Source of the DNA: Octopus bimaculoides
Lineage: Eukaryota
Direction: 5' to 3'
Length of the DNA: 40,031 bases
Assembly: GCF_001194135.2 (NCBI RefSeq)
Contig: NC_068982.1
Location: forward strand, 72,980,667 to 73,020,697
Shown: positions 35,891 through 40,031 of the stretch, piece after piece
Layout of the letters: each line of letters begins with the position of its first letter
How positions within the stretch are numbered: the first letter of the stretch is position 1
Program-made: the position numbers and the translations under genes
The notes under the pieces: generated by a model
What the model was told of the DNA's origin: nothing
Database searches by the model: none
Seen by the model: the letters and a program-made list of their open reading frames with translations, nothing else

Positions 35891-37104
35891 TCATGTATTT
35901 GGTTGTCACTTAAATCCGTTCGTTATTTTTTTTCATTTATTTCAATCCTTTCCATTATTTTTATCGTAGTGTTTTAATTTTTTTTTTGTCATTCTATTCT
36001 TTCTTTACAACTTTTGTCCATCATTTTTTAATCGTAAATAAATTTTAACTCTTTTCAGACGCATGGCTATCGAGTGCCAAATATATATGTTTATAAATAA
36101 GAAAAAAACGAAGGAATTTGTCTGTCAACCAATATTTGGAACATAAAATGAATCCGTTTAGAATGTGACCGAAGTTACATGCTTAAGATAAATGCAATGA
36201 TGTGATTTGACGTAATACAATGATATTTTTGTGAAGGCCTTCAACAATAGTAACGTTGTGTGATTTCGTATAAATATTATTCTCATCATTCAGTTACGAA
36301 AATATATTTTGTTTTTTGGTCTGTTTATTCATTGAACAAAATGCAAGTAACTAAGTCAACAGTATTCTGAGCCTGTTTACTAATCTATTTAGAAAGAAAA
36401 TAGAGTATAAAAACTCAATGAAGTAAAATAGCGTATTGGTAACTCGAGATTTTGTACAAGCTCATTCCACAGTATGCAGAAATATAAACCAGCTTGCATT
36501 TGCACTTAGCTTTCTGTATAGGTGACACTTTTCCAATAGGTAAAGAGATAAGTGACAGAAAGGTAAACTATTGTTAAAGCAACACAATGAATGCTTTCTA
36601 TCGGATACCTGGTGTGTCTGTCTGGCAAGTATTTATTGGAAAGTTAAACTGATGTGACTACTTAGCCTATTCATATCTGAGCATTGACGTGTCATATGAA
36701 TCAACAGAAATACATCTCTCTCGACTGTTGTATATACTTTTGCCAAAGAACATAGAGGCCAGCTACAAACACTGTTCCTTCGTATCATTTCTACTCATTG
36801 CAAATGTCTGTATCAGATGAAGTGCGTAAAACAACTTGTCAATAACAAAAAATGAGAGTTAATTTACAAATTGAATCACAAAATTAAACCATATAATTAT
36901 CATAATCAATATGGAATCAACCTTTTCTTGCGATGCGATCACTAACTGTACCATTGAGTTCATGATCCCGATGTAGGCTGACGATGTTTGTAGTGGAATG
37001 TCTCCTGCATTATGACATATACCGCAGCATTAATTTTAAGACCCCGTGGGAAGATGTGGGGTGGCATGCTATGACTTTCATTACTCTCCACTCCTAAAAC
37101 AATC

Positions 37105-37441
37105 GTATTTCACAGATTTTGTGAAGAAAGCGTACCTTACTTTAGCATGAAACTTGGTGATCGAGACAAAGACTGGGACACCTCATAGAGTGTAAAACAT
37201 TTGTTTGGAACACTGAGACAGTGGCTGTTGCAAATACTGAAGCAGAAAGTTTCCAACTTTCTCTTGTGAGAAAATTAAGGTTGGCGTGTTTGACAGACCA
37301 CAGATTAGGTGGGGATTGCAGGACAAGCAGTTTTTCAAGACCATGTCTGCTGTTGAAAAAGAAGCATGGAATTCTTTTGCTGCTGTTATCTGATTCCCTG
37401 GTAAACAGGAAGTCGTCAAATTATGAAGAATATGTGGAGAC
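37105..37441 (+). mobile_element. Internally deleted Chapaev3-like (CMC) transposase remnant
   Basis: TDFVKKAY..YF(S)MKLGDRDKDW..PHRV.K...LRQW joined to KFPTFSCEKIKVGVFDRPQIR...KTMSAVEKEAWNSFAAVI...NYEEYVE. The motifs are clear; the superfamily name is from recall. Confidence 0.72.
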
Positions 37442-37454
37442 CCCGCTTCCTTTG

Positions 37455-37509
37455 TCATTTTAATTTCAAATATGTATGTATATATACTTTTATATATATA
37501 TATATAGAT

Positions 37510-37570
<61 letters not shown>

Positions 37571-37624
37571 CATACACGCACGCATACAGACACAGACACA
37601 CAACACACGCACACACACACACAC
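37455..37624. repeat. (AT)n/(AC)n microsatellite (SINE linker)
   Basis: Direct inspection. Confidence 0.95.
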
Positions 37625-37788
37625 GTATACAACGGGCTATTTCAATTTCCGTATACGAAATCCACTCATAAGGTTTTGGTCGACCCGAGACTATAGTAGA
37701 AGACACTACCTCAAGGTACCATACAGTGGGACTGAACCCGGTACCATGTGGTTGGGAAGCAATCTTCTTACCACACAACCACGCCTGC
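37625..37788 (-). mobile_element. SINE family A head
   Basis: Aligns to other A heads. Confidence 0.9.
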
Positions 37789-38144
37789 TGTACTGAGTAT
37801 GCCACGTGGATATGATAGAATAATGATTGTAGAGAAAGGAATGCCATAAATAAAAGGCCTCTGTCAGTCATCGTTAACCACGCATCTACACATGTATATG
37901 CAGGAATTATGGCATGTTGAAAAAAACTAGCAGTTCTCCATGCAGGAAAATATCTTTCTCTACACCACTGATATTTATCCATGGAAAAGGCCATGCACTT
38001 AAGTCGAAACAGATGGCAAAGAGCCGGAATATATACTGCAAAACATCACACATAGCCTTTTCATTGATTTGTCACTCCACCGCATTACATTGGTACTTTT
38101 TTATCAACCCCGAAAGGATGGAAGACAAAGTTGACCTCATTAAC

Positions 38145-38470
38145 TGCTAAACTGGCACTCCGTTGATTACAACGACGAGGGTTCCAGCTGATCCGATCAA
38201 CGGAACAGCCTACTCGTGAAATTAACGTGTAAGTGACTGAGTACTCCACAGGCACGCATACACTTAACGTAGCTCTCAGGGAGATTCAGCGGGATACAGA
38301 GTGTGACAAGGCTGGCCTTTGAAATTCAAGCACTACTCATTTTTGCCAGCTGAGTAGACTGGAGCAACGTGAAATAAAGTGTCTTGCTCAAGGACACAAT
38401 GCGCCGCCCGGTTTTCGAATTCAAGACCCTACGATCGTGAGCTGAATACCCTAACCACTAAGCCACGAGG
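38145..38470 (-). mobile_element. tRNA-derived SINE family C (CORE-like); a second partial copy at ~38585-38636
   Basis: Minus strand: gtggcttagtggttaggg A-box, gaattcgaaaacc B-box-like, gtgtccttgagcaagacacttt CORE-like, gttgctccagtc.actcagctg. Confidence 0.85.
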
Positions 38471-39354
38471 ACTTACGAGGCTGGAGCTTAACCTGATTTC
38501 TACAAGGCCTATACGAGACCGAAATTACAAAACTCCTCACTGAACAGGAGACCAATTTGTCGTAGGGCTAACTTCTCAGCTTTAGCTGGAAACCATTTAC
38601 AGCTGAATGGACTGGAGCAACGTGAAATGACATGTTNNNNNNNNNNNNNNNNNNNNNNNNNNNNNNNNNNNNNNNNNNNNNNNNNNNNNNNNNNNNNNNN
38701 NNNNNNNNNNNNNNNNNNNNNNNNNNNNNNNNNNNNNNNNNNNNNNNNNNNNNNNNNNNNNNNNNNNNNNNNNNNNNNNNNNNNNNNNNNNNNNNNNNNN
38801 NNNNNNNNNNNNNNNNNNNNNNNNNNNNNNNNNNNNNNNNNNNNNNNNNNNNNNNNNNNNNNNNNNNNNNNNNNNNNNNNNNNNNNNNNNNNNNNNNNNN
38901 NNNNNNNNNNNNNNNNNNNNNNNNNNNNNNNNNNNNNNNNNNNNNNNNNNNNNNNNNNNNNNNNNNNNNNNNNNNNNNNNNNNNNNNNNNNNNNNNNNNN
39001 NNNNNNNNNNNNNNNNNNNNNNNNNNNNNNNNNNNNNNNNNNNNNNNNNNNNNNNNNNNNNNNNNNNNNNNNNNNNNNNNNNNNNNNNNNNNNNNNNNNN
39101 NNNNNNNNNNNNNNNNNNNNNNNNNNNNNNNNNNNNNNNNNNNNNNNNNNNNNNNNNNNNNNNNNNNNNNNNNNNNNNNNNNNNNNNNNNNNNNNNNNNN
39201 NNNNNNNNNNNNNNNNNNNNNNNNNNNNNNNATATATATATATATATATATATACATATATAGATAGATAGATATATAGGGCAGGGAATCGTCAATTAGT
39301 AATAAAATTAATAATTAACAATTTTACCGAGTAGCTCAGTATGAAAAAACCTTT

Positions 39355-39490
39355 ATCGGTAAAACCATTTATATTCATAAATATACAGGGATTAGCAGAA
39401 GCCTGCTTCTCCAACATACTGAGAATTCAGAAATAGCAGTCAAAGAACTACTGATTCCAAACTACAAATTTTTTCTCTAACGGATGGCGA
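39355..39490 (+). mobile_element. Possible decayed APE endonuclease start of an L2/CR1-type LINE
   Basis: FIFINIQGL, AEA(W), and ELLIPNYKFF..R in shifting frames. Confidence 0.45.
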
Positions 39491-39670
39491 TATTTATGGC
39501 ACACACAGATACATATACATACACATAACTACACAGATTCATACATACATACTTACACACCCACACATATATGTACACATATGTATATATGTATATACAT
39601 ACACATATGTACATACATAAGTATATAGATACATACATACACATACACACACACACATATATATATGTAT

Positions 39671-40031
39671 GCGATTGAGGCAATTAAATTCTGGCTGCAC
39701 AAACACCCAGAAACATTTCCTAATCGCATCAACACAACTTTCATCATAGAATCACTTAAGTTCATTCTGACCAACAATTACTTCCTATTTGCACACACAT
39801 ACTTTCGCCAAAAATGTGGGATCGCGATGGGTACTAAAGCTGCACCAGTCCTTGCGAACCTCATAATGGTTTTTTTTGAAGTAACACTATATGAAACCTC
39901 ACGTCAGAAATTTGGACACCTTTTCCACATCTTTTTAATGGATAACTGGAAAAGATATTTGGATGATTGTTTCATCATATGGAATGAACCCTATGAAAAA
40001 TTTCTAGAATTCAAATCCATTCTTAATAACA
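39671..40031 (+). mobile_element. Penelope-like RT core, open frame to the window edge
   Basis: 120 uninterrupted codons: AIEAIKFWL...ILTNNYFLF...RQKCGIAMGTKAAPVLANL...WKRYLDDCFIIW...EFKSILNN. Confidence 0.93.

Noticed and set aside
35950-37050. Long AT-rich complex region as a possible host exon or regulatory area
   Set aside because: No ORF, repeat structure or motif cluster I can support.
1825-39295. Long ORFs in the track made of X, HT/VC/YI/ER/SL or poly-I/M/T/D runs
   Set aside because: They are translations of N-gaps and microsatellites, not genes.

Overview
This is repeat-dominated, gapped eukaryotic DNA with 12 N-gaps, most flanked by microsatellites. The SINE families suggest an octopus genome, possibly O. 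bimaculoides; that is inferred from recalled repeat sequences, not a search. I find no supportable host protein-coding exon, rRNA, true tRNA or CRISPR array. Most ORF-track entries are microsatellite or gap artefacts. The window is a layered transposon graveyard. DNA transposons: two near-full-length Tc1/mariner copies with TIRs (one with DD36E spacing), a maT-like mariner fragment, a decayed hAT, a Chapaev3-like remnant and a probable non-autonomous Helitron. Retroelements: four R4/Dong-like and one HERO-like RLE non-LTR fragment, three Penelope-like fragments from at least two lineages, and many copies of three tRNA-derived SINE families. The best leads are a ~335-bp palindrome inserted in the HERO 3' UTR with a 13-bp direct repeat, the DD36E Tc1 nested in a SINE microsatellite linker, head-to-tail RLE fragments joined at (ATAC)n, a promoter-like motif cluster at 13.8-14.0 kb, and a 32-bp inverted repeat bracketing 2.2 kb. 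I see no convincing novel gene system. All family assignments come from motifs read by eye, and boundaries are approximate unless TIRs are given.
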